Of a stretch of DNA of 64,000 bases, positions 61,917 through 64,000 are shown piece after piece. The stretch comes from an uncultured Candidatus Binatia bacterium. Lineage in GTDB: Bacteria > Desulfobacterota > Binatia > UBA9968 > CAXXLF01. Position 1 is the first letter of the stretch. Each line of letters begins with the position of its first letter. The notes under the pieces were generated by a model. The model saw only the letters and a list, made by a program, of their open reading frames with translations, searched no databases and was not told where the DNA came from. Both the position numbers and the translations under genes were made by a program. Where the stretch lies: assembly GCA_965218425.1 (NCBI GenBank), contig OZ244621.1:1408001-1472000 (forward strand), read 5' to 3'.

Positions 61917-62783
61917 ATGGAAACTCAAGTCAAGTTCGTATCCGACGGCCTAAACTTATGCGGCGTCGTACAAACCCCACTTGATTTACCGCCGAATGAA
62001 CGCCGCCCAGCTTTCCTGGTGCTGCACGGATTCGGCGGGAATAAAGAGGGTTCAGGCCAGACGGCCATTGCCAATCAGCTGGTCCAGTGGGGTTATGTAA
62101 CCATGCGCTTTGACTTTCGCGGCTGCGGCGATAGCGAAGGCGAACAGGGCCGCATTATTTGCCTCGATCAGGTGTCTGACACGTCAAACGCAGTGACCTA
62201 CATTGCCAGCCGCACGGAGGTGGATCCTAAACGTATTGGTTTGGTGGGAAGCAGCTTTGGGGCGGCGGTGTCTGTTTACACGGCCGGAGTGGATGAGCGG
62301 GTGGCAGCCGTCATCTCCTGTGGCGGCTGGGGCGATGGCGAACGCAAGTTCCGCGGCCAGCACCCAACTCCCGAGGCTTGGGCTCGCTTCACAAACATGT
62401 TGGCGCAAGGGCGGCGCCATCGGGAACAGACCGGCAAGTCTCTTATGGTCCCACGCTTCGACATTGTCCCCATTCCAGAGCACCTGCGAAATCGCATGAG
62501 CAAAAGATCCATTATGGAGTTCCCGGCGGAAACGGCGCAGAGCATGTACGACTTCCGCGCGGACGACATGGTGGGAAAAATCGCGCCACGTCCCTTATTA
62601 CTACTGCACAGCGCCCGTGACTCCGTCACACCCACTGAGCAATCCATCGAAATGTTCAAGAGGGCAAAACAGCCGACAGAATTGCACCTGCTTTCGGAAG
62701 TGGACCATTTTACGTTCAGTGAGGAGGACCCACGAGTGTCACATATCGTCTCAGACTGGTTGGGACGGTTTTTCCCCGTGTAA
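61917..62783 (+). CDS. Alpha/beta hydrolase family protein
   Basis: LHGFGG, RFDFRGCGDSEG, GSSFGA nucleophile, LLLLH..D, DH catalytic His. Confidence 0.9.
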   Translation: METQVKFVSDGLNLCGVVQTPLDLPPNERRPAFLVLHGFGGNKEGSGQTAIANQLVQWGYVTMRFDFRGCGDSEGEQGRIICLDQVSDTSNAVTYIASRTEVDPKRIGLVGSSFGAAVSVYTAGVDERVAAVISCGGWGDGERKFRGQHPTPEAWARFTNMLAQGRRHREQTGKSLMVPRFDIVPIPEHLRNRMSKRSIMEFPAETAQSMYDFRADDMVGKIAPRPLLLLHSARDSVTPTEQSIEMFKRAKQPTELHLLSEVDHFTFSEEDPRVSHIVSDWLGRFFPV

Positions 62784-62860
62784 TCCCCACCCTACTTACA
62801 TGAAGGCTTTCTTGGATTCGCGTCGATATAATGTTCGACAGAATGACTTCAATAATATTT

Positions 62861-63124
62861 TTCGCGCCAAGACGCCACCAAATCAAAATCCTAGAGACAA
62901 AGCACGAAATCCTAAACAATTCCAAAACCTCAAATTATTAATGATCAAAACATTTAACTAACGACATGGCATTCCTTGCAAAGACGAAAAGCCGAGCCAT
63001 CGAGACAGACTAGCTGATGCTATTGTTTTGTATTTTGATGATTCGAAATTGTTTCGAGCTTCGAATTGCCAGTTTCGAATTTATGATTTAGTTATATTTG
63101 GCGTCCTTTGCGTCTTCGCGCGAG
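62861..63124. repeat. ~265 bp nested-inverted-repeat intergenic element, copy B
   Basis: Reverse complement aligns end-to-end with 23232-23486, including the non-repetitive core. Confidence 0.8.
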
Positions 63125-63204
63125 TCTTTTTCTCCCGGGTTCCCTCATGCAAAAGCCCACGGAAAACTCCAAATATGATCGGTCAACTTTAGGAGGAAGT
63201 GTTA

Positions 63205-64000
63205 GTGAAATTTAACCACGGCGAGCTCATGGAGTTCGGCGGGCAAATCCTCTCTGCCGCCGGGGTGACCAAAAAGGAATCGCACCTGGTGGCGGAACTG
63301 CTTGTTAAGGCGGACCTCCAGGGTTATCCGGGCCACGGCATTAGCCGTATCCTCTCTTACGTGTCAAGGATCAAAATCGGATTGATCAACCTCAGCGAAA
63401 GGCATGAGATCATCCATGAAGGTAGAACCACGGCCGTTATTAATGGCAACCATTACGCAGGCCAGGTGGTTGCTTATGACGGGATGAAACTTGCCATCAA
63501 AAAAGCCAAAGAACATGGAGTGGGACTGGTTTGTTTGCGCCAGGCGGCTCACGTAGGGCGCCTGGCGGACTACATGGAGCTTGCCGCCAATGAAGGAATG
63601 ATTGGCATGGCGGCCGTGAGCGTCGGGGCAGGAAATATTGCACCGTGGGGTGCAATGCAAGCAGTCACCGGAACGAACCCCATGGCCTTCGGGGTCCCGG
63701 CGGCAAACGGCCAGCACATCATTTTTGACTTTGCTACGGCTGCAACGAGCATGGGAGAGCTCCATAAAAAGGTGTCCCGAGGCGACGCGATTCCCTCCGG
63801 CGTTATGCTCGATGGATACGGCAACCCCACGTCGGAATACAGTTCATTTATTGGCCCACCCCGGGGTGCCATTCTTTCCTTCGGGAGTTACAAAGGCTCG
63901 GGTATCAATCTAATGACGGAGATTTTAGGTGGAATACTCTCTGGAACCGGGTTGGGGAGGGAGTGGTGGGATCACGGCGGGGCCGCAACAAATGGAGTTT
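63205..64000 (+). CDS. Ldh_2 family (malate/L-lactate/ureidoglycolate dehydrogenase-like) oxidoreductase, 3' end beyond the window
   Basis: Manual translation (absent from the ORF track): ADLQGYPGHGISRI, HVGRLADY, GTNPMAFG.P, DFAT, FGSYKGSG; RBS AGGAGG before GTG 63205. Confidence 0.9.
   Translation, partial: MKFNHGELMEFGGQILSAAGVTKKESHLVAELLVKADLQGYPGHGISRILSYVSRIKIGLINLSERHEIIHEGRTTAVINGNHYAGQVVAYDGMKLAIKKAKEHGVGLVCLRQAAHVGRLADYMELAANEGMIGMAAVSVGAGNIAPWGAMQAVTGTNPMAFGVPAANGQHIIFDFATAATSMGELHKKVSRGDAIPSGVMLDGYGNPTSEYSSFIGPPRGAILSFGSYKGSGINLMTEILGGILSGTGLGREWWDHGGAATNGV

Overview
A 64 kb bacterial chromosome segment of moderately high GC. Gene content and repeat style suggest Deltaproteobacteria/Candidatus Binatia, but that is inference only. 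It contains a peptidoglycan-recycling set (amgK-murU, anmK), MacAB-type and RND/TolC efflux systems, a porin, BamD with a long repeat-containing tail, and a crotonase plus two acyl-CoA dehydrogenases. A long housekeeping run follows (cinA-thpR-recA-recX-alaS-yjbQ-phoH-ybeY-prfB[+1 frameshift]-der-ogt-dprA-topA-trmFO-ppx), then MFS genes, larE, amrS, hemE/hemG and dinB. Near the end is an uncharacterised oxidative operon (bicupin, diiron HDO/PqqC-like protein, LLM oxidoreductase, DapA-like aldolase). The most striking non-gene signal is a pervasive family of intergenic elements built from nested inverted arms of 7-10 nt degenerate repeats. One copy carries a four-helix-bundle gene and has an internally deleted direct duplicate. 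Others are gene-free dispersed copies, including a twin-hairpin element with complementary loops. Remnants of IS110-, IS1595- and IS3-type elements and several pseudogenes are also visible. No rRNA, tRNA or CRISPR array was recognised.
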